A stretch of DNA of 64,000 bases from Candidatus Bathyarchaeota archaeon (GCA_005883075.1 VBAX01000047.1:29598-93597); one strand, 5' to 3'. Positions 49,939 to 58,962 are shown, counted from the first letter of the stretch. Notes: generated by a model not told the origin, from the letters alone. Program-made: numbers and translations.

Positions 49939-51807
49939 GTGAAATTCTCAGTTCTGCTCTCGCCTCTAGAGCGTATTTCAAGATTCGGCGATGAAGGGCG
50001 TCAGGATAATGGAAAAATAGGAACCTACGGGCATCTTCTATTGTTTCGTGATCGTGTTTTGGCAAAGGGTTACTGGAAGAAAGTTCTAGACGAGATCAAA
50101 CAGGAAAGAAGGGCTCCACCAACCACCTTCGACAGGAAGCAACTTGCGAAGGTCAAGCAAGAGAGGGTCCGGTGGGAAACCAAGACGCTCAAACCGTGGA
50201 CCCGCGTTAGCCCTGAACAAAAGGAGGAATTCAGAAACCTATCCAATATTCCAGTGAAAAGAGTCTACACCCCAGAAGACGTATCACACCTAAACCAGTC
50301 CGAGGAGATCGGACTTCCAGGCGAGTATCCCTATGTCCGCGGGGTCTACCCGACGATGTACCGGGGACGACCGTGGACGATGCGCATGTTCTCCGGCTTC
50401 GGAACCCCGGAAGACACGAACAAACGTCTACACTACTTGCTGGAACATGGAGAGACTGGTCTGAGCATTGCATTCGACATGCCGACGCTCTACGGGTATG
50501 ACCCTGACAGTCAGCGGGCTGAGGGAGAGGTGGGACGCTGCGGTGTGTCGGTGGGCTCGTTAAAGGACATGGAGATTATTCTCGAAGGTATACCGTTGGA
50601 GAAGGTGAGTACTAGTATGACGATCAATGCTCCCGCGTCGGTTCTAACTGCGATGTATGTTGGCGTTGCTGAGAGACAGGGTCTGAAACCGAAGGAGCTT
50701 CGAGGGACAGTTCAAGCGGACATTCTCAAGGAGTACATCGCTCAGAAGGAGTGGGCTTTCCCACCTGAGGCGCATCTCAGAATCATCCGTGACATGATGG
50801 TGTATTGTACTAAAGAGATGCCGCAGTGGAACTACATCAGCATCAGCGGCTACCATATCCGTGAAGCAGGGTCCAGCGCAGTTCAGGAACTAGCGTTCAC
50901 GCTCGCCGATGGTTTCGCGTATGTTGACCTCGGAATCGAAGCAGGGCTCAAGGTCGAGGATTTCGCGCCCCGCCTTTCCTTCTTCTTTAACTGCGGGATG
51001 GACTTTTTCGAAGAGGTCGCAAAGTTCCGGGCTGCACGGCGAATCTGGGCAAGGGTGTTGAGAGACAAGTACAAGGTCAAAGACCCTAGATCACTCTTGT
51101 TGAGGACGCACGCCCAGAACTCTGGCGCATCTCTAACATGGCAGCAACCCCTCAACAATATTGTACGAACAACCATTGAGGCATTAGCAACGGTGCTTGG
51201 CGGGACCCAATCGCTTCATACCAATTCTTACGATGAGGCGTGGGCATTGCCCTCTGAAGCAGCGGCTACTGTTGCCCTGAGGACCCAGCAGATCATTGCG
51301 GAAGAGACTGGTGTCACAGACACTATCGATCCGCTGGCCGGATCGTACTATCTGGAATGGCTGACTGATGAGATGGAGGAACGAGCCTTCCAGTACTTCG
51401 ACAAGATAGAAAGAGCTGGCGGATTGTTGGACGCGATCAAGACCGGGTTCATTCAGAGAGAGATCGCTGAGAACTCCTACCGTTTCCAGCAGGAACTTGA
51501 GAGAGGGGACAGGGTTGTCGTTGGCGTGAACAAGTACCAGATCGAAGAGAAGAAGCCGATTGATACGTTGAAGATCAACGAAGAGGCACAACGACGCCAG
51601 GTCGCAAGGATAAACATGGTGCGGGAAACACGGGACAACAAGAAAGTTGAGCAAGCGTTAGATGAACTACGGAAGACATTCAAGGACGAGAAAGCGAACT
51701 CCATGTATCCTATGGTCAAAGCCGTCAAAGCCTACGCAACGCTAGGGGAGATCATGGATGTGGGACGGAAGATTTTCGGCGAATACAAGGAACCACCGAT
51801 TCTCTGA
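49939..51807 (+). CDS. second B12-dependent acyl-CoA mutase catalytic subunit, isobutyryl-CoA-mutase-like (Phe/Gln signature)
   Basis: Homologous along its length to the 47411-48991 mutase, but with RMFSGFG (Phe for Tyr) and QKEWAFPP (Gln for Arg). The true start is probably a TTG/GTG about 100-120 nt downstream of 49939. Confidence 0.85.
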   Translation: MKFSVLLSPLERISRFGDEGRQDNGKIGTYGHLLLFRDRVLAKGYWKKVLDEIKQERRAPPTTFDRKQLAKVKQERVRWETKTLKPWTRVSPEQKEEFRNLSNIPVKRVYTPEDVSHLNQSEEIGLPGEYPYVRGVYPTMYRGRPWTMRMFSGFGTPEDTNKRLHYLLEHGETGLSIAFDMPTLYGYDPDSQRAEGEVGRCGVSVGSLKDMEIILEGIPLEKVSTSMTINAPASVLTAMYVGVAERQGLKPKELRGTVQADILKEYIAQKEWAFPPEAHLRIIRDMMVYCTKEMPQWNYISISGYHIREAGSSAVQELAFTLADGFAYVDLGIEAGLKVEDFAPRLSFFFNCGMDFFEEVAKFRAARRIWARVLRDKYKVKDPRSLLLRTHAQNSGASLTWQQPLNNIVRTTIEALATVLGGTQSLHTNSYDEAWALPSEAAATVALRTQQIIAEETGVTDTIDPLAGSYYLEWLTDEMEERAFQYFDKIERAGGLLDAIKTGFIQREIAENSYRFQQELERGDRVVVGVNKYQIEEKKPIDTLKINEEAQRRQVARINMVRETRDNKKVEQALDELRKTFKDEKANSMYPMVKAVKAYATLGEIMDVGRKIFGEYKEPPIL

Positions 51808-51980
51808 TCAAGGAGACCCGAGCAACGAAGAAGACTCTCGCATCAGCACTAGCTCGGACTAGCTATGAAGTCAAGGAACTAAACTCCGCCACTTGGCCTG
51901 ATTTCGAAAAATTCTTCGCAAAACACAACGGAGTCCAAGGCGGTTGCTGGTGCACCTTCTACCACCATGAGGAAGGTCGC

Positions 51981-52451
51981 TTGCTGAAAGAGGGCTTGAG
52001 GCGGGAGGACGCGATTGCCTTGAATCGAAGGGAAAAGAAGACTCTAGTCACCAAGGGCCGATCTCATGGAATCCTCGTCTATGCTGGGGGTCAAGCGGTC
52101 GGATGGTGCCAATATGGTCTAAGGGAGGAGTTGCCTCGGATCGATTCAGGCCGCAACTACAGCAAACTCGATCTTTCAAGTGATCAAGGCCGAAAACTCT
52201 GGCGTCTCACATGTTTCTTCGTAGACAGGGATTTCCGGAAAAAGGGCGTAGCAGGTGTCGCGTTGAGGGCAGCGCTCGATTCGATACGTGAGCAGGGCGG
52301 AGGAATAGTCGAAGCCTACCCGTCCACTTCCAAGGAAGGTGGAACTTGGTCTCTCTGGTTTGGAACAGTAGCCATGTTTGAGAGAGAAGGCTTCAAAGCA
52401 CACGCAAAACTGGGCGAGAAACACCTGCTCATGCGCAAGACGCTCGCGTAA
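51981..52451 (+). CDS. GNAT-fold acetyltransferase-like protein (N-terminus uncertain)
   Basis: FFVDRDFRKKGVAGVALRAALD GNAT motif. The reading frame stays open upstream through WPDFEKFFAKHNGVQGGCWCTFYHHEEG with no ATG/GTG/TTG. Confidence 0.5.
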   Translation: MLKEGLRREDAIALNRREKKTLVTKGRSHGILVYAGGQAVGWCQYGLREELPRIDSGRNYSKLDLSSDQGRKLWRLTCFFVDRDFRKKGVAGVALRAALDSIREQGGGIVEAYPSTSKEGGTWSLWFGTVAMFEREGFKAHAKLGEKHLLMRKTLA

Positions 52452-52459
52452 AGTGTTCC

Positions 52460-53062
52460 ATGTTGTCAAGAGAGAACCTGAAGTTTCGCAGGACGCCGAA
52501 ACCTTGGAAGACACTAGAGAGCAGGAAGATTGCGTCGCTGGGCGACTTGAAGCTTCATCGCGACCGGATCGTCTCCAAAACCGGCTTCCAAATGGTCCAT
52601 CCACGACTATTCGTTGACGATTTCTCGATCGTCATCCCGGTTCTTGGTCGGGATAAGCTTGTGATGATATGGAATTATCGATACGCTATCCAGGGCTGGG
52701 AGCTCGAGCTTCCAGCCGGCCACATCGAAGATGGTGAGAGCCCGGAGGCTTGTGCCAGGAGGGAGCTGGAAGAGGAGACGGGGTACTCTGCGGGTTCATG
52801 GAAGAGGCTTGGATGGTTTCATCCCTCTCCAGGGTTATCTTCCCAGAGGGCGTATGTCCATCTTGCCCGCAACCTGAAAGCCGGATCTTTGCATCGGGAG
52901 CGCTACGAGGTTGGTATGGAAGTTAAGATTCTCAACCTACGGGATGCGTACAAGCAGCTGTGGCATGGCGAGATTGTTCATTCGCCAACCGCGTCCGCTC
53001 TAGGGATAGCTCAGCCGAGAATTCTAAGAGCGGAAAGAGCTACTGTTTCGCGCCGCAACTAG
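52460..53062 (+). CDS. NUDIX hydrolase (ADP-ribose pyrophosphatase-like)
   Basis: Nudix box GHIEDGESPEACARRELEEETG. Confidence 0.8.
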   Translation: MLSRENLKFRRTPKPWKTLESRKIASLGDLKLHRDRIVSKTGFQMVHPRLFVDDFSIVIPVLGRDKLVMIWNYRYAIQGWELELPAGHIEDGESPEACARRELEEETGYSAGSWKRLGWFHPSPGLSSQRAYVHLARNLKAGSLHRERYEVGMEVKILNLRDAYKQLWHGEIVHSPTASALGIAQPRILRAERATVSRRN

Positions 53063-53693
53063 TGCAGAACGAGTTCCCCGGTGCAAGCGGGACGCCACAT
53101 GAACGACATTTCGCCATTGCAGCAGCCACCACCGGTGCTTGTCCCGGTGCTGAGGGGGAAGGGTTGTACTGGAGGGTTGGTTGTGCCGCCGGAGCGTACT
53201 GAGTCTGTGATTGAAGGGTGGGAGAGTACCTTAGTGTCGGTTGAGTGTTCATCGCGGGCATGGAGGTTGGGACCATTCCCTTGCCGAAGAAGACTTTGAC
53301 GTGAGATCTGGTGAGATAGATGATCATGATGAGCCAGAAGACTAACGCGTAGCCTGCTTGGTACAGTCCGGTAAACGCGGCGTAGGCTGCGCCGAGGATC
53401 GAGAGCACCGTGAAGATCATTCCAAGGGTCCACGCCCAACCTCTTCCATGGAGAAAGCCGACCCCGGTCGCCAGCCATACGAGGCTGAAGAAGAGAAAGA
53501 CTCCACCGATAACGATCCCGACGGTACCGATCAGGGTTCCAACCGTGGGAAGAGTGGAGAATATGGCAGCCAAGCCGATGATAGCAAGGCTGACTAGAAG
53601 TCCAAGGACACCGATTAGGATCTGAATTATCGCGAGAAGTGTAATGCCGATTGGCCGGGAGGGCTTCTGCATCATGGAAAATCGAGTCTTCAC
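53040..53693 (-). CDS. membrane protein with C-terminal Q/P-rich linker and zinc ribbon (paralog 1 of 3)
   Basis: 4 TM helices, the shared HVKVFFGKG motif, and a C-terminal CRSCGVPLAPGNSFCTSCG. Confidence 0.55.
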   Translation of the reverse strand: MKTRFSMMQKPSRPIGITLLAIIQILIGVLGLLVSLAIIGLAAIFSTLPTVGTLIGTVGIVIGGVFLFFSLVWLATGVGFLHGRGWAWTLGMIFTVLSILGAAYAAFTGLYQAGYALVFWLIMIIYLTRSHVKVFFGKGMVPTSMPAMNTQPTLRYSPTLQSQTQYAPAAQPTLQYNPSPSAPGQAPVVAAAMAKCRSCGVPLAPGNSFCTSCGAKQ

Positions 53694-53810
53694 TGGAAGG
53701 TGTTAAGCGGACTGTTACCAACCTCCTTCACGAAGAGTGAGCTAGGTCGGAATGAGTGAACAGAAGTGTAAAGAAAGCCTAATTCTGATTGCTTTGAGAT
53801 ATCGGCTCGA

Positions 53811-54344
53811 CTAGGGTGTCGAGGAACCCGTTCCTGGCACAGTAGAGCGTAATGCCATCGGGGTTCCCTTACCGAAGAAGACTTTGACGTGCGGTCTCAT
53901 TAGATAGTAGATTATCAGTAGCGAGATTATCAAAGAGAGGATACTACCGTAATTGCCACCAACCATCTGAAATACGTCGAGAACTATTCCAATGACACTC
54001 ACTATGATCCCTAGATTCCACGCCCATCTCTTTCCACCCAAGAACCCAACTCCGACGGCTAGATAGAGGATTCCTAGAATCAAGATTGCCGCGCCGAGGG
54101 CGATTATTAATGCCGATATGGTTCCTACGCCGAGCGAGGCCAGTCCGGGATAGCCAGCATTTGTTATAGCGTTTGTAATGTCAATAGAAGCGGATAGCGT
54201 ACCAAGGAGGAGTCCAAGTCCAATGAGCACTGCTCCGCTAAACAGAAACGCTATTGCTCCTAGAATTGCTAACACGGCGAGAACTGTTACACCGGTTGGT
54301 CGCGGTGGTTTCGGCTGCATGGTTGTTAGATACTCGCTCCGCAA
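53811..54344 (-). CDS. membrane protein paralog (2 of 3)
   Basis: Shares GKRWAWNLG...YYLMRPHVKVFFGKG with paralog 1. Likely start at MQPKPPRP. Confidence 0.55.
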   Translation of the reverse strand: MRSEYLTTMQPKPPRPTGVTVLAVLAILGAIAFLFSGAVLIGLGLLLGTLSASIDITNAITNAGYPGLASLGVGTISALIIALGAAILILGILYLAVGVGFLGGKRWAWNLGIIVSVIGIVLDVFQMVGGNYGSILSLIISLLIIYYLMRPHVKVFFGKGTPMALRSTVPGTGSSTP

Positions 54345-54847
54345 CTAGGGCAGCGTGTTGCTCCAGCGGGAATGCTGGCACCGCAATTCTTACAGTTCGT
54401 GCCCATCGATCCCATGGGTGCTGAGCCCATCGGCATTGACGAGCTCATCATCGGTGGAGGCATTGCGCCCGGAGCCATTGTTGGCTTGAAGGTTAGTGCG
54501 AGTATCCCGCCGATTAGTCCGAGAAGGAAACCGATGAAGAAACCTCCGAAAGAGGAAGTGGCGAAGCTAATGAGGGACAGTATGAGTACGATCACTCCCC
54601 ACATTGTGTGAGATGTGGGCTTGGTGTACATCATAATGCCTCCAAGCATCATGATTATCCCGAAAATCAGTCCCAAGATTCCCAGTATGGCGACTGTTGA
54701 ACCTAATTCGGGTGCGCCTGTTGTCCCGCTAGTGCCTCCGAAACTAGAGATTGCGGCTCCGATAAAGGCTTGGAAGATGCCACCTATCAATACAAAGATT
54801 CCTCCGATCAGAGCTAAGACAAAGGCTGCTGTTGGTTTATCGCCCAT
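54326..54847 (-). CDS. membrane protein with M/P-rich linker and C-terminal zinc ribbon (paralog 3 of 3)
   Basis: G/I/L-rich TM helices and a C-terminal CKNCGASIPAGATRCPSCG. Confidence 0.55.
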   Translation of the reverse strand: MGDKPTAAFVLALIGGIFVLIGGIFQAFIGAAISSFGGTSGTTGAPELGSTVAILGILGLIFGIIMMLGGIMMYTKPTSHTMWGVIVLILSLISFATSSFGGFFIGFLLGLIGGILALTFKPTMAPGAMPPPMMSSSMPMGSAPMGSMGTNCKNCGASIPAGATRCPSCGASI

Positions 54848-55056
54848 ATCAGATCAGTCTCAGCGAGGCTCTGACAGTATATATAACGTATTCCGTTCTC
54901 GCCGAATTTCGGCGATTCTTGCGAAATTTGGGGATTTTTTCCGGTTTTGAAGCCAGATAACCGTTGACACGATCAGAGTCTCGGGATTGTGTTCGCGTTT
55001 CATGAAGGGCGGAGCGCGCGAAAATCGACCACCCCGGGGGTCACAGATTAGTTAGT

Positions 55057-55093
55057 GAAAAAAGAATAGTTACGGAGAAAAGAATAGTTACAG
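55057..55093. repeat. tandem direct repeat (2 x ~18 bp: GAAAAAAGAATAGTTACGG / AGAAAAGAATAGTTACAG)
   Basis: Seen directly in a 500-bp intergenic region. Confidence 0.5.
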
Positions 55094-55278
55094 AAAGAGG
55101 GCTGTGAGTCTCTACGAGGTTTCTCATATCCGGCTATCTTACGCCAGGTTCTGTTGGTTCGGTATTTCGGACCCAGGTTGAACGCTGGACTTGCTCCGTG
55201 GGAGTTGCGGGGCGGTTTCTCTTCTTTATCCAAAGGAGGTCGATGATGAAGTCGACCTAAAGGGTCGGAATGAAGCGA

Positions 55279-55330
55279 AAAAAGGGAATTTGATTCTCTG
55301 CGTTAGGCTAGCGCGTTGCTAGCAACGCGG
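55279..55330 (-). terminator. perfect 18-bp palindrome CGCGTTGCTAGCAACGCG + T-run (on the minus strand) after the VOC gene stop
   Basis: Palindrome at 55312-55329. On the minus strand it is followed by CCCTTTTTTCGC. Confidence 0.5.
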
Positions 55331-55343
55331 GCGGACGTTATGG

Positions 55344-55694
55344 TTACTTTTTGCTCCAGAGGCCGATGACGTTGCCGTGCGGGTCGCCGATTGTTCCCCA
55401 GTAGCCCATTCCGCCGCCGATCGACTTGCGCTTTTTCAGGATTCGTCCGCCGAGGCTTTTTGCCTTCTGCTGTGTTGCTGGTATAGTGTCCACGTTGACG
55501 TAGAATGTTGTTGAGCCGGGTTTGACTTTCTTGCCTAGTTGGAAGCCTCCGCCGACGCCTTTCTGCGAGGTCTTGAACATTGCATAGCCATCACCGAACA
55601 TCTCGAATTTCCAGCCGAAGAGTTTGGAGTAGAACTTCTTTGTCGTTATGAGGTCCTTGGATGTCAGTTCTATGTGGCCGATTTCCTTTCCCAT
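55344..55694 (-). CDS. VOC-family (glyoxalase/bleomycin-resistance fold) protein
   Basis: 116 aa. IGHIELTSKD...FYSKLFGWKF is typical of the VOC N-terminal half. Confidence 0.75.
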   Translation of the reverse strand: MGKEIGHIELTSKDLITTKKFYSKLFGWKFEMFGDGYAMFKTSQKGVGGGFQLGKKVKPGSTTFYVNVDTIPATQQKAKSLGGRILKKRKSIGGGMGYWGTIGDPHGNVIGLWSKK

Positions 55695-55766
55695 AGTAGC
55701 TGTATATTGCCAAATATTGAGTTTAAAAGTTCTTACACGGGGCTCAGAAACGCCCGTTTTGACGTA

Positions 55767-56741
55767 TCAACTGCTCATGGGGCTGGTCAAACGATCTAGA
55801 AAGAGCTGTTTGAAACTTCTAGAATCCACATTCTTGCAAATCATCATTTTCTTGCCCGGCGCCTTGCCTTCCTGCAGGCTTTCACGTCTATCTGCAACGG
55901 TCATGCCCACTGTGATTTCGCCTCTTGTCTCGACTTGGACTTTGTAGCGGGCGTATTCGAAGAGTGAGGGCTTGATCTCGGTGGCGACGGTCATCGGATC
56001 GTGCAACGCGAAGATTCGATGTTTGTGTATGTTCTTGTTGAGGATCCTAGCCGCGAAGCTGGCAACTCGGCCCCGGTTCTTCTTGATATCGGTGTAATTT
56101 TTCAGTGTTAACTGGTTCTTGGGGTTCATTGTCACGTCGAGGCCAACCGCTGTTAGCGGAACTCCTGATTCGAATACGATCTTTGCCGCCTCCGGGTCCG
56201 CGTAGATGTTAAACTCGGCAACCGGCGTTACGTTGCCAATGCCGTATTCTGTTACACCGTAGGCTCCGCCCATTACCACGAGTTCCTTGATCATTTTGGC
56301 GGATTCAGGGAAACCTGTTAGGAGAGCGGCAATGTCGGTGAGAGGACCCGTGCAGATTATGGTTAGGTCGCGACGCTTTGAGATAGCCAGTTCGTTAGAG
56401 ATCGTGTCTAGGGCATTCTTTTCTGCTGGACGAATCCTTGAAACTGGAAGGTTGGAATCGCCAAGCCCATCTTTTCCATGGAAGCTAGTGGCACGGACCG
56501 GATCTCGGACAAGCGGGTTTCCTAGCCCTCTAGCAACCGGCACGTCTCCCCTATTGAGAAGGTCAACGACTCGCAATCCATTCATTGTCGCTTGTTCTGC
56601 TGTTACGTTGCCGGAGACTGCTGTTATGGCCATGACTTCTAGTTCTGGGGATCTTAGTGCGAGGATGAGGGCGAGCGCGTCGTCTATTCCTCCATCTTGG
56701 TCGATGATGACGCGGGTGGGCTTCTTCGAGCCCGAGCCCAT
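55767..56741 (-). CDS. inosine-uridine-preferring nucleoside hydrolase family protein
   Basis: N-terminal IIDQDGGIDDALAL, the DxDxxxDD Ca-binding motif. Confidence 0.85.
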   Translation of the reverse strand: MGSGSKKPTRVIIDQDGGIDDALALILALRSPELEVMAITAVSGNVTAEQATMNGLRVVDLLNRGDVPVARGLGNPLVRDPVRATSFHGKDGLGDSNLPVSRIRPAEKNALDTISNELAISKRRDLTIICTGPLTDIAALLTGFPESAKMIKELVVMGGAYGVTEYGIGNVTPVAEFNIYADPEAAKIVFESGVPLTAVGLDVTMNPKNQLTLKNYTDIKKNRGRVASFAARILNKNIHKHRIFALHDPMTVATEIKPSLFEYARYKVQVETRGEITVGMTVADRRESLQEGKAPGKKMMICKNVDSRSFKQLFLDRLTSPMSS

Positions 56742-56742
56742 C

Positions 56743-57381
56743 CTAGAATAGTTTCGTGACTTTCTTAGTCGGTAGCACGTCTGTCAAGTACCAGAATTTG
56801 ACGTACTGTAATCCTGTCCGGTATTGTAGCTCGGTGAACGAGTTGACAGCGTCCTCTGCGACGATTGTCTCGTAGCCTTTGAAGAACGCGTCCGCGCAGG
56901 TATGTCTCACGCAACAGTCAGCGTGCAGTCCTGCGAGTATCAGGGTGTTCGCGCCCTTGCCATCGTAAGCTCTCTTCAATTCCTTCTCGAGCCTTGTATC
57001 GTGGAAGCTGCTGTAGGTTGTCTTGGGAATCTCAACATCCTTCTTTCGGGGCCTGAGGGCGCTGATCACCTTGGCGCCCTTTGTCCCTCTCATGGCGTGT
57101 TCGCCCCAGCGCTGGATCTCAAAGTCTCGGCGTGTGTGGGAATCGTTAGGATAGAAGACGGGAATGTCTGCGCTACGGGCTGCGTCGGCTAGGTCCCCGG
57201 ACTTGGGAATGATTGGGAGGGCGCGGTCGGTCTTGATCTTCCCGTAGACAAAGTCATAGAGCATATCGACCACCAAGACAGCGTATCGCCGGTCCTTGTT
57301 GTATACGTGAGGCGCGACTGACATTCCGGGATCGTAGAGTACTATCTTCTCTGTCGAGCCTTGTCCGTGACTTTTGCTCAA
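56743..57381 (-). CDS. pncA: isochorismatase-family cysteine hydrolase, nicotinamidase/pyrazinamidase-like
   Basis: VLVVDMLYDF (Asp), a Lys, and GLHADCCVRHT (catalytic Cys) arranged as in PncA. Confidence 0.7.
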   Translation of the reverse strand: MSKSHGQGSTEKIVLYDPGMSVAPHVYNKDRRYAVLVVDMLYDFVYGKIKTDRALPIIPKSGDLADAARSADIPVFYPNDSHTRRDFEIQRWGEHAMRGTKGAKVISALRPRKKDVEIPKTTYSSFHDTRLEKELKRAYDGKGANTLILAGLHADCCVRHTCADAFFKGYETIVAEDAVNSFTELQYRTGLQYVKFWYLTDVLPTKKVTKLF

Positions 57382-57437
57382 GAGATTCTCCTCAAGATCG
57401 ATCTAGGCATGGATTTTAAGATATCAACTAGATTGGC

Positions 57438-58688
57438 TTGGGGACGTCTGAGGAAGAAAACTTGCCCGGGAAGGCTGACGTTGTAATTGTGGGAGCGGGT
57501 ATAGCCGCTCTGGCACTGGCAGTAGAACTTCAGAAAAAAGGGATCTCGACAATCCTCCTTGAACGACAAAGGAGTCCTGAGGGCATTCCGCGTGGTCTGA
57601 CTTTCCAGCCGAATGGCTTGGCGGTTCTAGAAAGGCTTGGAGCACTTGGTCGGGCCAGAGAGGTTGGTTCTGCGTCCCAGATTCTCGAAGTGAAAAGCTG
57701 GGAGGGAGAAGTTCTGCTTGAAGCGGATTACAGCTTGTTGGATCACCCCCAGAACTATCTCCTGACGGCGAATGCTACTGAGCTGGAGCGGTTGCTCGTC
57801 TATGTGGCCGAGCAGGCCGGAGCGCAGGTTCTCTGGGGAACCTCCTTCCAAGAAATAGTCCTGAACGCGGGCCGGGCAGAAGGAGTAGTCTATGAAAGCG
57901 AGGGAGTTAGAGACGAGATCAGAGCACCTGTCGTAGTTGGAGCGGATGGTCCTCAATCGCATGTCCGAACTAGCCTTGGCGTAGAGGTGAAGACAAAGAA
58001 GTACCCTGATTCATTTCTAGTCGGACTCGTCGGTCCCGTTCCAGGCTTGGAGGGCAGGGCGCGCCAGTACCAGCATCCGGGAAAGATGCTTGGGATTATG
58101 CCTTCAGGACCTGAGGCGACCTATCTCTTCCATTGTGTGGGTCCGCGTAGTTTTGATAGTGTGAAGAAGGAGGGTTTGGGGTCTTTTAGGGCGGAGGTTG
58201 TTCAGGCGGCGCCGGAGATGGCGGACGCATTTACAGGTGTTGAAGCATGGACCAAGATGGCATACTTTACGCCCTCGTTCATACAAGTGAACAAGTGGGT
58301 GGGAAACGGGATCGCACTGCTCGGGGATTCAGCGCACACTTTTCATCCACACGCCGGACAGGGAGTAAACCTCGCACTGGAGGACGCAGTGGTGTTGGCC
58401 GAAGTGATCGAGAAATGTAAGATAGCGGGAGACTTCTCACAGACGGCATTGCTGGAATATCAGACCCAGCGGAAAGTGCGCGCTGACGTGATCGGGAAGC
58501 ATGCGAACTATACGGTGACGTATGCGCTGAGCGATAACTGGCTGATAAAACGGCTGAACCGGAGGGCGCTTCGGAAGTTGAACAAGGACAAGAAGCTGCA
58601 GAAGAAAGCGTTAGAGATCACTGCCGGGATCTTCGAGAAGAAGCCCGGACTGGTGACCTTGGCGAAGATTGGGGGAATACTACCCTGA
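57438..58688 (+). CDS. FAD-dependent monooxygenase (UbiH/geranylgeranyl-reductase-like)
   Basis: VVIVGAGIAALALA dinucleotide-binding motif, a DG motif, and GDSAHTFHPHAGQG. Confidence 0.75.
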   Translation: MGTSEEENLPGKADVVIVGAGIAALALAVELQKKGISTILLERQRSPEGIPRGLTFQPNGLAVLERLGALGRAREVGSASQILEVKSWEGEVLLEADYSLLDHPQNYLLTANATELERLLVYVAEQAGAQVLWGTSFQEIVLNAGRAEGVVYESEGVRDEIRAPVVVGADGPQSHVRTSLGVEVKTKKYPDSFLVGLVGPVPGLEGRARQYQHPGKMLGIMPSGPEATYLFHCVGPRSFDSVKKEGLGSFRAEVVQAAPEMADAFTGVEAWTKMAYFTPSFIQVNKWVGNGIALLGDSAHTFHPHAGQGVNLALEDAVVLAEVIEKCKIAGDFSQTALLEYQTQRKVRADVIGKHANYTVTYALSDNWLIKRLNRRALRKLNKDKKLQKKALEITAGIFEKKPGLVTLAKIGGILP

Positions 58689-58718
58689 ACCGCGGGCTCT
58701 TGAGCCTCCAGAGGGAAA

Positions 58719-58930
58719 CCGCTCTTGCGTCGCGAGGTGCGCTGTGCAAGACCCCCCCTTTTAGAGGAGAAAATTTTCTGTCTGGTAGTGATTATGGGCG
58801 AGACGGGCTATTCAGGGCTCAGACCAGGCTTGGATCAGGTGACGTTTTTACGAGTCGTCAAGAAGGATTTGCTATGCAATTAAGCGGACTGTCTACAGAT
58901 TCGAGATCAGGGCTTGAAATGGGCGAATCC
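58719..58930 (-). repeat. copy D of the ~215-bp intergenic repeat family (reverse orientation)
   Basis: Its reverse complement aligns with copies A and B. Lies between the convergent stops of the monooxygenase (+) and surface-protein (-) genes. Confidence 0.8.
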
Positions 58931-58962
58931 ACGGCTAGAAGCGCGTCGCATGTTGGATTGTC

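Noticed and set aside
53059-53721. 220-aa ORF overlapping membrane paralog 53040-53693 in another frame on the same strand
   Set aside because: Low-complexity translation with no domain signal. The overlapping frame encodes a clean TM + Zn-ribbon protein with two paralogs next door.
55048-55233. 61-aa ORF overlapping the 18-bp tandem repeats in the 54848-55343 region, and the SD-preceded MMKST mini-ORF at ~55240
   Set aside because: The repeat-derived peptide (NYSFLRNYSFF) and the 5-codon ORF are most simply by-products of repeat and hairpin sequence. There is no conservation evidence.
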